In this document: piece by piece, positions 19,346 to 30,239 of the stretch
How positions within the stretch are numbered: position 1 is the stretch's first letter
How the letters are laid out: every line of letters begins with the position of its first letter
From: Waterburya sp.
GTDB lineage: Bacteria; Cyanobacteriota; Cyanobacteriia; Cyanobacteriales; Xenococcaceae
Length of the DNA: 64,000 nucleotides
NCBI GenBank assembly: GCA_965217895.1
Contig: CBDCJV010000002.1
Coordinates: 448,001 to 512,000 of the forward strand
Reading direction: 5' to 3'
Notes under the pieces: generated by a model
The model's input: the letters and a program-made list of their open reading frames with translations, nothing else
The model's database searches: none
Told to the model about the DNA's origin: nothing
Translations under genes and position numbers: made by a program

Positions 19346-22209
19346 AACCTACTACGGAAAACATCGACCAGTTATTGCTCGAACTTAGTCAAAGAAAAAT
19401 TAAATTGTGGCTAGAAGGCGATCGCCTGCGTTACAAAGCTCCTAAAGATGCTTTGACTCCAGAACTTTTGTCTCAGGTAAAAGAACATAAAGCAAATATC
19501 ATTGCTTTTCTACAATCAGCCGCTGATATCACCAGTACTCAGCTACCAACCATTGTAAAAATTGACCGTGATGCTCAGCTATCTCTTTCTTTTGCTCAAC
19601 AAAGACTTTGGTTTCTCCATCAGTTTGAACCTGAAAGTTCTTCTAACAATATGCCTGTGGTAGTACAAATTACAGGTTTACTAGATATTAATGTTTTAGA
19701 GCGCAGTATTTCTGAAGTAGTCGCTCGTCACGAAGTACTTAGAACCACCTTTCCATCTAAACAAGGAAAACCCCAACTAGTAATTGCTCCTGCTCAACCT
19801 TTTAACTTAGCGTTAATCGATCTGCGAGACTTATCAAAAGATGAGCGAGATGCTAAGGCTTTTCGTCTGGCTACTGAAGAAGCTCATAAACCCTTTGATT
19901 TAGCCAATGAATCAATGTTACGAGTTAAGCTATTTCGTTTACAGGATGACGAACATCTCTTGCTTTGGAATTTACACTGTATCGTCTGTGATGGAGCGTC
20001 TTCTGATGTCTTTTATCAAGACTTGACCGCAATTTATACTGCTTTTGTGGCAGGCAAACCCTCCCCTTTACCAAAACTAACGATTCAGTATGTAGATTTT
20101 GCTCATTGGCAACGTCAATGGTTGCAAGGGGAGGTTCTAGCAGCATCTCAACTTAGCTACTGGAAGCAACAATTAGATAATTTACCTCCTGCTTTAAAAT
20201 TACCGTTTGATCGCCCTCATCCCAAGGGTGTTCTAACCTATAAAGGCGATCGCGCAGCTTTAATGCTGCCCAAAACTCTCAACACCGAGCTAGATCGGCT
20301 TAGTCAAAAACTAGGTGCTACCTTATTTATGACTTTGCTAACGGTATTTGAGATTTTACTCTACCGCTATTGCCAACAAGAAGATATCTTGCTCAGTTTT
20401 GCTAGTGCTGGCAGGGGACAAGTAGAAACTGAGCGACTAATTGGTTTTTTCTCCAATACTCTGATGCTTCGTACTAATTTGACAGACAAGCTCACTTTTA
20501 AAGAAGCATTGGCAAGAGTCCGTCAAGCTTCCTTAGAAGCGATCGCCCATCAAGATCTCCCTTTTGAAAGGCTAGTTGAGGAACTTCGACCCAATACTAG
20601 ACAAGAGCGATCGCCTTTATTTCAGATAAAGTTTGCCTTAAATCCTCCTTGGTCTGAAGGTAGAGGTATGGCATCTGTAAAACTGCCAGATGTAACTTTT
20701 ACCTCTTTATTCGGCTATATCTATCACGGCAAAACCAAATACGATCTTACTTTGGTCATGCGAGAACAAGATGAAGGTTTGGGCATGGTTTTTGACTATA
20801 ATGCCGATATTTTCAATGCCAGCACTATCGAAAAAATGTTGGAGCATTTCCACAATCTACTTAAAGGCGTAGTTAACGATCCAGATTGTTGTCTTCAAGA
20901 TTTGCCAATGCTTGCTTTAGGAGAAGAATTGCCTCAAAGCTGCCTTGATTTCTTTGAGCCAGAGGATATGGAGATTCAGACCTCAACTCAAACAAGTTCC
21001 GAGATTTTGGACAATATCGAATCCAAATTGAGGAGAATTTGGCAAGATGTTTTAGGAATTGATCTGATCGGCATTCGAGATAACTTTTTTGAATTGGGAG
21101 GCAACTCTTTATTAGCTGTAAAAACCTTTGCCCAGATTGAAGAAAAAATCGGTAAAGTTTTGCCTCTATCAATCTTACTCAAAGCTCCTACTATTCAAGA
21201 GCTTGCCACTGTTATACGACAAGAAAAAATATCTCAAGACTGGTTGCCTCTAGTCGAAATCCAGCCCCAAGGTTCTAAACCGCCTTTATTCTGCATTCAT
21301 GGAGGTGGTTTTAATGTGTTGGTTTATCGCGATTTAGCTATTAAACTTGGTTCAGATTATCCAGTCTATGGCTTACAGGCTAGAGGACTTAAAAGCGATC
21401 GAGCTTGGCTAGATCAAATTGAGACAATTGCCCAAGACTATATTCGAGAGATTCAAAAGGTTCAACCTGAAGGTCCTTATTTTTTGGCAGGACTATCCAA
21501 TGGAGGCAATATTGCTCTAGAAATGGCTCAACAACTTAAAGATAAAGGATATCAAGTAGGTCTACTAGCCATGTTTGATAGTCAAGGTCCAGAAGGAATC
21601 GAGCTGCTACCTCTGACTCCTCGATTTTTATCTTCGCTTTATTACCTGCTGCGATATAGCAGTTTTCGTTGGCTGCTCAAAACAGTGCGATCGGATTTTT
21701 CTTTATTAAAAACAATTAAACAAAAAGCAGAAAAAATAACCAACTCAAATCCGACTAATTCAGTTGAAAAAGTTTCATCTGCCCAAAAATCTAAAGCTTT
21801 AACTACCAAATTTTCAGAACCCAAAAATAATTTCCTAGTAGACTGGATGAACAAATTTAGTGCATACGTTTTAGAGCGATCGCCCTGGGCGTTTTTTAGT
21901 CCTTCTGCTCAATTAAAAAATAGCTCGGATTCAATCTCCCAAAATTTAATAGCGTTAGAAAAATTTTATCAACAAGTCCATCAAAGCTATCAACCTAAGC
22001 CCTACTCTGGAAAGATAGTGCTGTTTATGGCGCAAGAATGCCCTCCAGGTTACCGACGAGATGCCCAATTAGGCTGGGGTAAAATTGCTCGCGAAGGAGT
22101 TGAAAATTACCAAATTCCAGGACATCATCTTTCTTTGATGCAGTCACCTGTTTTAGCAAACAGAATGAGAGACTGTATAGATAGCATCACTGTAGCTGAA
22201 ACCAGATAA
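19342..22209 (+). CDS. NRPS terminal protein: N-terminal docking domain, variant C domain, T, TE (no A domain)
   Basis: TubC-N-like docking segment (IKLWLEGDRLRYKAP); LSFAQQRLWFL; C motif HCIVCDG; T LGGNSL; TE GLSNGG and PGHHLS. ATGA overlap with the upstream NRPS. Confidence 0.92.
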   Translation: MKPTTENIDQLLLELSQRKIKLWLEGDRLRYKAPKDALTPELLSQVKEHKANIIAFLQSAADITSTQLPTIVKIDRDAQLSLSFAQQRLWFLHQFEPESSSNNMPVVVQITGLLDINVLERSISEVVARHEVLRTTFPSKQGKPQLVIAPAQPFNLALIDLRDLSKDERDAKAFRLATEEAHKPFDLANESMLRVKLFRLQDDEHLLLWNLHCIVCDGASSDVFYQDLTAIYTAFVAGKPSPLPKLTIQYVDFAHWQRQWLQGEVLAASQLSYWKQQLDNLPPALKLPFDRPHPKGVLTYKGDRAALMLPKTLNTELDRLSQKLGATLFMTLLTVFEILLYRYCQQEDILLSFASAGRGQVETERLIGFFSNTLMLRTNLTDKLTFKEALARVRQASLEAIAHQDLPFERLVEELRPNTRQERSPLFQIKFALNPPWSEGRGMASVKLPDVTFTSLFGYIYHGKTKYDLTLVMREQDEGLGMVFDYNADIFNASTIEKMLEHFHNLLKGVVNDPDCCLQDLPMLALGEELPQSCLDFFEPEDMEIQTSTQTSSEILDNIESKLRRIWQDVLGIDLIGIRDNFFELGGNSLLAVKTFAQIEEKIGKVLPLSILLKAPTIQELATVIRQEKISQDWLPLVEIQPQGSKPPLFCIHGGGFNVLVYRDLAIKLGSDYPVYGLQARGLKSDRAWLDQIETIAQDYIREIQKVQPEGPYFLAGLSNGGNIALEMAQQLKDKGYQVGLLAMFDSQGPEGIELLPLTPRFLSSLYYLLRYSSFRWLLKTVRSDFSLLKTIKQKAEKITNSNPTNSVEKVSSAQKSKALTTKFSEPKNNFLVDWMNKFSAYVLERSPWAFFSPSAQLKNSSDSISQNLIALEKFYQQVHQSYQPKPYSGKIVLFMAQECPPGYRRDAQLGWGKIAREGVENYQIPGHHLSLMQSPVLANRMRDCIDSITVAETR

Positions 22210-22211
22210 TT

Positions 22212-23579
22212 ATGTTTAAAAATCAACAAAGTTATAAGTTTAGCTTTTTCTTGATACCTTTTGCTTTGATTTTGTTGTATTTGGGCTGGAAAAAATGGCT
22301 AGTAACTGTTCCCAAACCACTACCCGAACAAACTGCTTTGGCGATAAAAAGCAGTCTCAATGGAGGTTCTTATTACGAAATATCTACCTCTGCGGCCAAA
22401 AAAGAAAGCTATTTATCGGCAGATTACCGAATTTGGATTCCCGATGGAGTTAAAAAAATTCGAGGTCTGATCGTCAAACAGCATGGATGCGGTGATGATG
22501 CTGCTGCTACGGGACTAAATCATGCTAACGATCTTCAATGGCAAGCCTTGGCATTGAAACATCAGTTTGCACTTATGGGTACTAGACTGCCGACCGATTA
22601 TCCTACGTGTACGGACAAAGCTATTGCTAACCGAGCTGCTGAAGGTTCTTTTTTAAAAGCGATTAGCATATTAGCACAAAAAAGCGATCGCCAGGAGCTA
22701 AACACAGTGCCTTGGGTAATGTGGGGACATTCTGGTGGAGCAGATTGGGGAACTCAAATGCTCAGACACTACCCCGAACGAACTATTGCTGTAATTAATG
22801 TGCGGTGTGGGGGAATTTCATTAACCTCAGGAAATTCAGAAATACTAAACCTAGATTCAAATTCACAATCAACTTCCCCTTTACTCAAAGTCCCAGTTTT
22901 CTGGTTTATAGGAGATAAAGACCCCTTTGAAAAAGAGTGTAAAAAATTACCCCAGAAAATTTTTTACAAGTTTAGAAAAGCAAACGCACTATGGGCATTG
23001 GCAGTACAGCCCAATGCTGCTCATGAGACTGGGGACAGCAGACTATTGGCTATTCCTTATGTAGATAAGATTATAAGCGCGCGAGTTACAAAAGACAGTA
23101 ACCAACTGCTCCCAATCGATAAAACTCAAGAATGGTTTGGCGATCCTACTACTCATGAAATTGCTCCCATCAACAAGTTTGAGGGCAATCCGCTAAAAGC
23201 AGCTTGGCTTCCTAACGAAGAAACGGCTCGTAAATGGCAAGAATACGTGACTACTGGCAAAATTTCTCCAACTAGCAAACCTAATGTACCAACTAATGTA
23301 ACTGTTACTAGTATTAGTGCTACAGAAAAGGTAATTAAGTGGAATTTTACTCCCGATTTAGAAAATGGCCTGCCATCTTTTCGTATCTATCGCCATAATT
23401 CGCTCATTCAAACTCTCGAAGGACAAAAGCATAATTTTGGCGATGCTCCAGAACCTGCAAATGTTACCTTAGAATTTCGAGATCCAAAAGCTGCTCCAGA
23501 TTCTACTTATACTGTGGCAGCTTTTAATCAATTGGGAGAAAGCGTTTCTGCACCAGCAACATACACCAAAAAACCATAA
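22212..23579 (+). CDS. Membrane-anchored or exported alpha/beta-hydrolase-like protein with a C-terminal FN3-like domain
   Basis: N-terminal hydrophobic segment; QHGCG oxyanion-like motif; WGHSGGA nucleophile elbow; C-terminal PTNVTV...YTVAAFNQLGES beta-sandwich pattern. Confidence 0.6.
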   Translation: MFKNQQSYKFSFFLIPFALILLYLGWKKWLVTVPKPLPEQTALAIKSSLNGGSYYEISTSAAKKESYLSADYRIWIPDGVKKIRGLIVKQHGCGDDAAATGLNHANDLQWQALALKHQFALMGTRLPTDYPTCTDKAIANRAAEGSFLKAISILAQKSDRQELNTVPWVMWGHSGGADWGTQMLRHYPERTIAVINVRCGGISLTSGNSEILNLDSNSQSTSPLLKVPVFWFIGDKDPFEKECKKLPQKIFYKFRKANALWALAVQPNAAHETGDSRLLAIPYVDKIISARVTKDSNQLLPIDKTQEWFGDPTTHEIAPINKFEGNPLKAAWLPNEETARKWQEYVTTGKISPTSKPNVPTNVTVTSISATEKVIKWNFTPDLENGLPSFRIYRHNSLIQTLEGQKHNFGDAPEPANVTLEFRDPKAAPDSTYTVAAFNQLGESVSAPATYTKKP

Positions 23580-23667
23580 TTATTGGAGGTTGATGTTTGC
23601 TATAAAATATCTTTATCAAGCCAGATTTATTGAACGCGATCAACAAAAAAATTATTTTATTTAATCA

Positions 23668-25470
23668 ATGCAATATATACGTAGATTTTTATATTTAAAT
23701 AAAGGCAAAGAAAAAAGCCTTTTCTTGATGACTTTGCTATTTTTGTTGATTTCATCCTTGGAAATGCTGGGAACTGGATTGATTGGACCATTTATTAATT
23801 TAGCTCTCAATCCAAATTCAATTCAACAAAGTAAATGGCTAAGTTCAGTCTTTGACTGGTTTAATTTTGCTACTAATAGTCAATTTTTGCTCTTGTTTGG
23901 AGCTTTTGTAATAGTTGTCTTTTATTTAAAATCATATTTAAGCTTTAATGCCCAAAAATCTGTTTTTAAATTTGGATTTAATCAACAAGGAGAGCTATCT
24001 TCTAAATTAATGCGTGCTTATTTGGCAGCTCCTTATACCTTTCACCTGAATAGAAACAGTGCCGATTTAATCCAAAATATTGTTAACGAAACAGAACGAT
24101 TTAGCAATGGGTTTATGATGCCATTGCTAACTTGTTTTTCTAATATTATAGTTATTGTCGCCCTGGTTTCGTTACTAATAGCAACAGATATAATGGCTGT
24201 AGTAATTATTGCAGGAATTGCCATAATTTCTGTGGCATTATTTTATAGTTTTAAAGATAAAATTGGTCGTTGGGGAGAAGAAGGTTCTGAATCTCGCACC
24301 GAAATGATTCGTCTTATTAATCACAGTTTAGGAGGATTGAAAGAAACTAAAGTTATCGGTTGCGAATCTTATTTTGAAAAGAAAATGCAGGTTCAAATTA
24401 CAAAATTTGCCACAAGTATTAGTTCTGCATTGATTTTTTCTAATTTACCTCGTTATGTGGTGGAAGCCTTTTTAATTACTTTTTTAATTGGTTTTACTTT
24501 ATTATTTATCACAATTAATCGCGGAAATACCCAAAATTTAAGCTCAGTATTGGGTATTTTTGCTCTGGCTTCGATTCGTCTACTGCCAGCAGCAGGAAAT
24601 TTAATTTCTGCTATCAACGGTCTTAAATATCATGCTTATACGGTCGATAAACTTTATTTAGATTTACAAGAAGTTAAAACGGTATCTCCACTAAACAATT
24701 TGAAATCTCAATCTAATCAGATTAAAGTCTTAACTAAAAAAAACGGCGATCGCTTGACAATACCTTTTGACGATCGCATTACTTTAGAGAAGATTAGTTA
24801 TACATATCCCAATGCTGATAAAAGTTCTCTTCAAGAAATTTCTTTGGCAATCGAAAAAGGCAAGTCGATTGGTTTAATTGGTAAATCTGGGGCAGGTAAA
24901 ACAACTTTAGTTGATGTAATTCTCGGACTTTTGACACCTCAACAAGGAAACATCAAAGTTGATGGTGTTTCTATATACAATGACATAAGTTCCTGGCGCA
25001 ATTTAATTGGCTATGTTCCCCAATCAATTTTCTTAACAGATGATACTTTAGAAAGAAATATCGCTTTTGGTGTTGATGACGAATCGATCGATTTTGCCAG
25101 ATTAGACAAAGCGATCGCCGCAGCCCAGCTAAACGAACTGGTCGAAAGCCTACCCCAAGGGCTACAAACTATGGTTGGCGAACGCGGTGTGATGATATCT
25201 GGAGGACAACGCCAGCGAGTTGGTATTGCCCGCGCCCTTTATCACGAACGAGAAGTTTTAGTGTTTGATGAAGCGACAGCAGCATTAGATAACGAAACGG
25301 AAAGTCTTGTTACCGAAGCAATCAAATCTTTAAGTGGTAAAAAAACGATGATTATTATTGCTCACCGTTTATCAACGCTGAAGCATTGCGATCGTATTTA
25401 TATGCTCGAACAAGGACAAATTGTTAAGTCGGGTAGCTATCAAAAGATAGTATTGGGAATCCAAAAATAA
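23668..25470 (+). CDS. ABC exporter with fused permease and ATPase (HepA/PglK/MsbA-like)
   Basis: N-terminal TM domain; GKSGAGKT; ISGGQRQR; VFDEATAALD; IAHRL. Confidence 0.92.
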   Translation: MQYIRRFLYLNKGKEKSLFLMTLLFLLISSLEMLGTGLIGPFINLALNPNSIQQSKWLSSVFDWFNFATNSQFLLLFGAFVIVVFYLKSYLSFNAQKSVFKFGFNQQGELSSKLMRAYLAAPYTFHLNRNSADLIQNIVNETERFSNGFMMPLLTCFSNIIVIVALVSLLIATDIMAVVIIAGIAIISVALFYSFKDKIGRWGEEGSESRTEMIRLINHSLGGLKETKVIGCESYFEKKMQVQITKFATSISSALIFSNLPRYVVEAFLITFLIGFTLLFITINRGNTQNLSSVLGIFALASIRLLPAAGNLISAINGLKYHAYTVDKLYLDLQEVKTVSPLNNLKSQSNQIKVLTKKNGDRLTIPFDDRITLEKISYTYPNADKSSLQEISLAIEKGKSIGLIGKSGAGKTTLVDVILGLLTPQQGNIKVDGVSIYNDISSWRNLIGYVPQSIFLTDDTLERNIAFGVDDESIDFARLDKAIAAAQLNELVESLPQGLQTMVGERGVMISGGQRQRVGIARALYHEREVLVFDEATAALDNETESLVTEAIKSLSGKKTMIIIAHRLSTLKHCDRIYMLEQGQIVKSGSYQKIVLGIQK

Positions 25471-25485
25471 CCATCATTACTTTAA

Positions 25486-26403
25486 ATGCTTCAAACTCCT
25501 GTAGTTTTAATCATCTTTAATCGACCCAAAAATACTCAAAAAGTATGGGAAATAATTCGTCAAGTAAAACCAGCAAAATTACTGGTAATTGCTGATGGAT
25601 CTCGTGCAGATCGCGCCGACGACATAGAAAAATGTGCTGCCACTCGTGCCGTCATTGACCTAGTTGATTGGGATTGTGAAGTCCTGAAAAATTATTCGGA
25701 TGTTAATTTGGGATGTGGATTGCGAATATCTTCAGGGCTTGATTGGGTGTTTGAACAAGTGGAGTCAGCAATTATTTTGGAAGATGATTGTTTGCCTCAC
25801 CCTGATTTTTTTTCTTTTTGCCAAGAATTGCTGACAAAATACAGAGATGATTTAAGAATCATGCACATTTCAGGTAACTATCTTTTACATAAATATAATA
25901 AGTCTCCACCCAAATACAGTTATTATTTTTCACGCTATCCTCTGATTTGGGGTTGGGCTACATGGCGTAGAGCTTGGCAGCACTATGACTTTAGCATGAG
26001 TTGTTTACCAGAAATTTTAGATGATGGTTGGTTTGATAGTTTTCTAAATAGAAGAGAAAAATATGTTTGGACAAGAAATTTTGTAGGTTGTTACCAACAA
26101 GCTTATACATGGGACTATCAATGGTTTTTTTCCTGCTGGATTCAAAGCGGGCTGGCAATTATGCCTAATGTAAATTTGGTTTCCAATATCGGTTTTGCTG
26201 CTGATGCTACCCATACTCAGGATTTAAAATCACCGTGGGCTAATTTGCCTAGCGAAGCTATGAGTTTTCCTTTAGAACATCCACCTTTTACCATTCGAGA
26301 TGCGGAGGCGGATCGATATCTGCAAAATAATCTCTTCGATTTTAGTAAATTGGAAATATTGAAAACCAAACTACAAAAAATTCTTAACTCTAAAAATATT
26401 TAA
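25486..26403 (+). CDS. GT-A fold glycosyltransferase (GT2-like)
   Basis: FNRP, IADG, NLGCG, IILEDDC, WGWATWRRAW. Confidence 0.8.
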   Translation: MLQTPVVLIIFNRPKNTQKVWEIIRQVKPAKLLVIADGSRADRADDIEKCAATRAVIDLVDWDCEVLKNYSDVNLGCGLRISSGLDWVFEQVESAIILEDDCLPHPDFFSFCQELLTKYRDDLRIMHISGNYLLHKYNKSPPKYSYYFSRYPLIWGWATWRRAWQHYDFSMSCLPEILDDGWFDSFLNRREKYVWTRNFVGCYQQAYTWDYQWFFSCWIQSGLAIMPNVNLVSNIGFAADATHTQDLKSPWANLPSEAMSFPLEHPPFTIRDAEADRYLQNNLFDFSKLEILKTKLQKILNSKNI

Positions 26404-26415
26404 ATAATTAGTTTT

Positions 26416-27669
26416 ATGAAAGTCTTACATTTAAGTGCTTTCGATCTGGCTGGTGGGGCTGCACGAGCAGCTTATCGAATTCATCAGGGTATGCTTAATA
26501 TGGGCATCGATTCACAATTGTTAGTTCAACACCAACAAAGTAACGATCGCACCGTTGCCACTGCTGAACCTAAAGTATATGCCAAATTGCGATCGCTGGC
26601 AGATTCTATTCCCATTAATTTTTATCCCCATCGCCAACAAATGTTCTCGCCCCAGTGGTGTCCCGATGCTTTACCTAAAAGCGTCGCTCGATTTGCGCCC
26701 GATATTATCAATTTTAATTGGGTTTGTAACGGTTTTGTCCCCGTAGAAGCTCTATTGAAGTTCAAACAGCCTTTGGTCTGGACGCTACAGGATATGTGGG
26801 CGTTTACAGGAGGATGTCACTACACCCTAGGCTGCGATCGCTATCAAGACTGTTGCGGTAATTGTCCACAACTCCAAAGCGATCGCGATCGCGATTTATC
26901 TCGTTGGGTATGGCAGCGCAAACACAAAGCTTGGCAAAATCTTAACCTTACTATTGTGACTCCTAGTTCTTGGATGGCTAAATGCGCTCGTTCTTCTTCT
27001 TTATTTAGAGAATTGGCGATCGAGATTATTCCCTTTGGCTTGGATATAGCTAAATTTGCTCCCTATGACTCACAACAAGCCAGAAAAGAATTAAATTTAC
27101 CTCAAAAGAAACAGCTAGTTCTTTTTGGTGCTATTGATGCTACAGGAGATACTCGCAAAGGTTCTCACCTGCTTCAGCAAGCTCTAAAACAACTGAGTCA
27201 GTCCTCACGACAAGAACAGATTGAACTGGTTATTTTTGGGGCTTCTCAACCAGAAAAACCGCTAGATTTTGGTTTCCCAGTCCATTACTTAGGACATTTA
27301 GACGATGCTCAGCTTAGGTTAGCTTATTCAGCAGCCGATGTGATGGTAGCCCCTTCTTTACAAGAAGCCTTTGGACAAACCGCCTCCGAGTCTTTGGCTT
27401 GCGGTACTCCTATCGTCGTGTTTGAGCATACTGGGTTGGCAGATATAGTCGATCGCGATCGCAATGGTTATATTGCCGAGTATGGAGATATTGAAGATTT
27501 AGCCAGAGGTATTGCTTGGGTAATTGAAGACAAAGAACGTCATCAACAACTTCGTTACTATGCTCGTAAAAAAGCAGAACAAGAGTATGCCGAATCAGTT
27601 CAAGCATCACGCTACCTGTCTCTTTTTGAGCAGATTGTGGCAAAGCAAAAAGCAACCTCTTTAAGTTAA
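26416..27669 (+). CDS. Glycosyltransferase family 4 (WcaC-like)
   Basis: GGAARAAYR, WTLQDMWAFTGGCHY, RKG, PSLQEAFGQTASESLACGTP. Confidence 0.88.
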   Translation: MKVLHLSAFDLAGGAARAAYRIHQGMLNMGIDSQLLVQHQQSNDRTVATAEPKVYAKLRSLADSIPINFYPHRQQMFSPQWCPDALPKSVARFAPDIINFNWVCNGFVPVEALLKFKQPLVWTLQDMWAFTGGCHYTLGCDRYQDCCGNCPQLQSDRDRDLSRWVWQRKHKAWQNLNLTIVTPSSWMAKCARSSSLFRELAIEIIPFGLDIAKFAPYDSQQARKELNLPQKKQLVLFGAIDATGDTRKGSHLLQQALKQLSQSSRQEQIELVIFGASQPEKPLDFGFPVHYLGHLDDAQLRLAYSAADVMVAPSLQEAFGQTASESLACGTPIVVFEHTGLADIVDRDRNGYIAEYGDIEDLARGIAWVIEDKERHQQLRYYARKKAEQEYAESVQASRYLSLFEQIVAKQKATSLS

Positions 27670-27678
27670 GCAGTAAAT

Positions 27679-28926
27679 ATGGAAATACAAACTCTTCAAA
27701 CAAACAAGAGTGATCGTCGATTAATGCTGTTCGATCTTGCTCTGGGTGGTCATCATGGCAACTATATCAGGTATCTAGTTGACTATTGGTGCGAACAAAA
27801 TTTATCTGGAAGTTTGGATATTGTTGTACTACCACAATTTTTAGACGTTCATGGCGACGTAGTAGAAACTATTGCTCAATCTAATCATCCAAAAATCAAA
27901 TTAATCCCTATCACTGAGGTAGAAGTAGAAACTTTAAATTCTCGGAAAACAGGATTGAGTCGAGTTGTTCGCAATTTTCAAGAGTGGGACTTGTATTGTC
28001 GGTATGCCAGTCTATTACAAGCGACTCAAAGTCTAATCATGTACTTAGATACCTGCGAAATCCCTTTGTTTGTGGGTAAATCTTCACCCTGTCCCTTTTC
28101 GGGAATTTACTTTCGACCAACCTTTCACTATCGTTATTTTCAAGGTTATCAGTGGTCTGGGAAAGAGCAACTACAAAATACTAGAGAAAAATTAACCCTC
28201 TCACGAATTTTGCAGCACTCTAAACTTAAAACGCTTTTTTGTTTAGATCCTTTTGCCATTAAACATATCGAGCAGTTTTCTAGTCGCGCAAAAGTTGTTT
28301 ATCTACCCGATCCAGTAGAAATAGATGGTAATGATAATCCTCATGTTGAAAGTATTCAAACAAATTTAGGGATTGAACCTCATAGACAAGTATTTTTGCT
28401 CTTTGGGGCTTTGGACGGGCGTAAGGGCATTTATCAACTATTAGATGCTGTAGCTCTTTTACCCGACGAACTCTGTCAAAAATTATGTTTATTGCTAGTA
28501 GGAGGTACTAATTCTGTCGAACAAAGCCAAATTGAAGCTCAAGTAAAGACTATTTGTCAACATAAACCAGTGCAAATAATTCAACGTTATCAATTTATTC
28601 CTGAAGCAGATGTGACAGCTTATTTTCAACTGGCAGATTTGGTACTTGCTCCTTATCAAAAACACGCAGGCATGAGCGGTATTTTGTTACTTGCTGCTGC
28701 TGCGGGCAAACCCGTCTTAAGTTCTAATTATGGACTAATGGGAGAAATGGTAAGAAGCTATAAACTTGGTTATGCGATCGATTCCACCATATCAAATGAG
28801 ATTGCTAAAGGACTAACTCACTGTTTGTTGTCTTATGATAGCTTAGGCGATCGCGTAAAAATGAAGGAATTTTGTCAACAGCACTCAGTAAAACATTACA
28901 CCCGTCTAATTTTTGATCTTGTTTAA
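27679..28926 (+). CDS. GT-B glycosyltransferase
   Basis: GGHHGNY; FGALDGRKG; APYQKHAGMSGILLLAAAAGKPV. Confidence 0.82.
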   Translation: MEIQTLQTNKSDRRLMLFDLALGGHHGNYIRYLVDYWCEQNLSGSLDIVVLPQFLDVHGDVVETIAQSNHPKIKLIPITEVEVETLNSRKTGLSRVVRNFQEWDLYCRYASLLQATQSLIMYLDTCEIPLFVGKSSPCPFSGIYFRPTFHYRYFQGYQWSGKEQLQNTREKLTLSRILQHSKLKTLFCLDPFAIKHIEQFSSRAKVVYLPDPVEIDGNDNPHVESIQTNLGIEPHRQVFLLFGALDGRKGIYQLLDAVALLPDELCQKLCLLLVGGTNSVEQSQIEAQVKTICQHKPVQIIQRYQFIPEADVTAYFQLADLVLAPYQKHAGMSGILLLAAAAGKPVLSSNYGLMGEMVRSYKLGYAIDSTISNEIAKGLTHCLLSYDSLGDRVKMKEFCQQHSVKHYTRLIFDLV

Positions 28927-29193
28927 AATCATGAAAGATAAAAAATAATCTTTCTCATAAGACCATTAAGTATTTTATAGTATTATTTTATGTGTCACTT
29001 AATGTAATATGTTTATTAAACTTGGTATTGTGTAAATAGTCCAAACTCTTATTTTTTCTAATTTAAAGTAAATATACTAAAAATTAAAGCCATGTTTAAA
29101 AACTATTAATACGCTAGCTATATTTCGCTCAAATAAAATATATGAACATTTATCAAGCAAAATTTACCCCAACTTATTTTAAGAAATATATTA

Positions 29194-30198
29194 ATGTCTG
29201 AATCCATGCGCCTCGCCTTTATTATGTGTACCGAAGGTGGACAACTAGAGCAAGAATCATTGTTGATGGTTGAAAGTCTGCGCCGCTTTGGCGGCGACTT
29301 AAAAGATACTCCTGTTTACAGCTTTCAAGTCAGAGATAAAAATGATGTCTCTACTCCCACTTTAAAAGCATTAGAATCTTTTAGAGTCGAACATCAAAAA
29401 GTTGTTCTCAATCACAAATATCCCGATTATCCTTTAGCTAATAAGCCCTTACTGTGTGCTTATGCCGAACAAAACATCGATGCAGAAATTTTAGTATTTC
29501 TAGATAGCGATTTGGTTTTTTTCTCTGAACCCAAAGAATTTCTGCTGACTGCTGAATACGATGTTGGCATTCGTCCAGAACACGAAAAAATGATCGGTTC
29601 TGAAGGTAAAAACGATCCTAATGATGAATATTGGCAACATCTTTATCAACTAGCTGGTGTTGGAGATAAAGAAATGTTTGTCACCACTACAGTTGATCGG
29701 CAAAAAATTCGGGCTTTTTGGAATTCGGGAGTAGTTGCTGTTAGAAGAAGTGCTGGTATTTTTACCGCCTGGCGAGAAACTTTTCTCAAACTGCTTGAAG
29801 AAGGTTCGATGATTGATAGTAAAAATTTTTATTATGAACAATCAGCCTTATCAGCAACTATTTGTGCCAAAACAAATAAAATATGGCAATTTTCTCCAAA
29901 CTATAACTATCCAATTCACTCTCACAATCCAATTATCGAATCCCAGAGGATGAAAAACTTTAAAGATATCGTTTGTATTCACGATCATCTCTTTAGAAGC
30001 CGTAAAGAATGGTATCGAGAAAGAACTTGGGTGAAAACTCTCAAAAGATTGAAAAATTTTGATAAAAATTCCTCTGAATATCGATGGCTTTATAAGTATT
30101 TACAAGAACATAATTCGCCACCAAATGTTATGCAAAGCTTATTAGAATTTGTTTTGTTTCTACCAGGTATTCAATGGATACTTCCTTATCAAAGATAA
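29194..30198 (+). CDS. Putative GT-A (GT8-like) glycosyltransferase
   Basis: ESLRRFGG, NKP, VFLDSD (DxD), WNSGVV, EQSALS, YNYP. Confidence 0.6.
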   Translation: MSESMRLAFIMCTEGGQLEQESLLMVESLRRFGGDLKDTPVYSFQVRDKNDVSTPTLKALESFRVEHQKVVLNHKYPDYPLANKPLLCAYAEQNIDAEILVFLDSDLVFFSEPKEFLLTAEYDVGIRPEHEKMIGSEGKNDPNDEYWQHLYQLAGVGDKEMFVTTTVDRQKIRAFWNSGVVAVRRSAGIFTAWRETFLKLLEEGSMIDSKNFYYEQSALSATICAKTNKIWQFSPNYNYPIHSHNPIIESQRMKNFKDIVCIHDHLFRSRKEWYRERTWVKTLKRLKNFDKNSSEYRWLYKYLQEHNSPPNVMQSLLEFVLFLPGIQWILPYQR

Positions 30199-30239
30199 CT
30201 AACATGAGGAATTTATAAACTTTGAATAAACCAAAAAAA

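Noticed and set aside
7298..22209. Identification as a microcystin, nodularin or mycosubtilin cluster because of the aminotransferase domain
   Set aside because: The domain order and small module count do not match, and the Adda PKS genes and fatty acyl ligase are absent.
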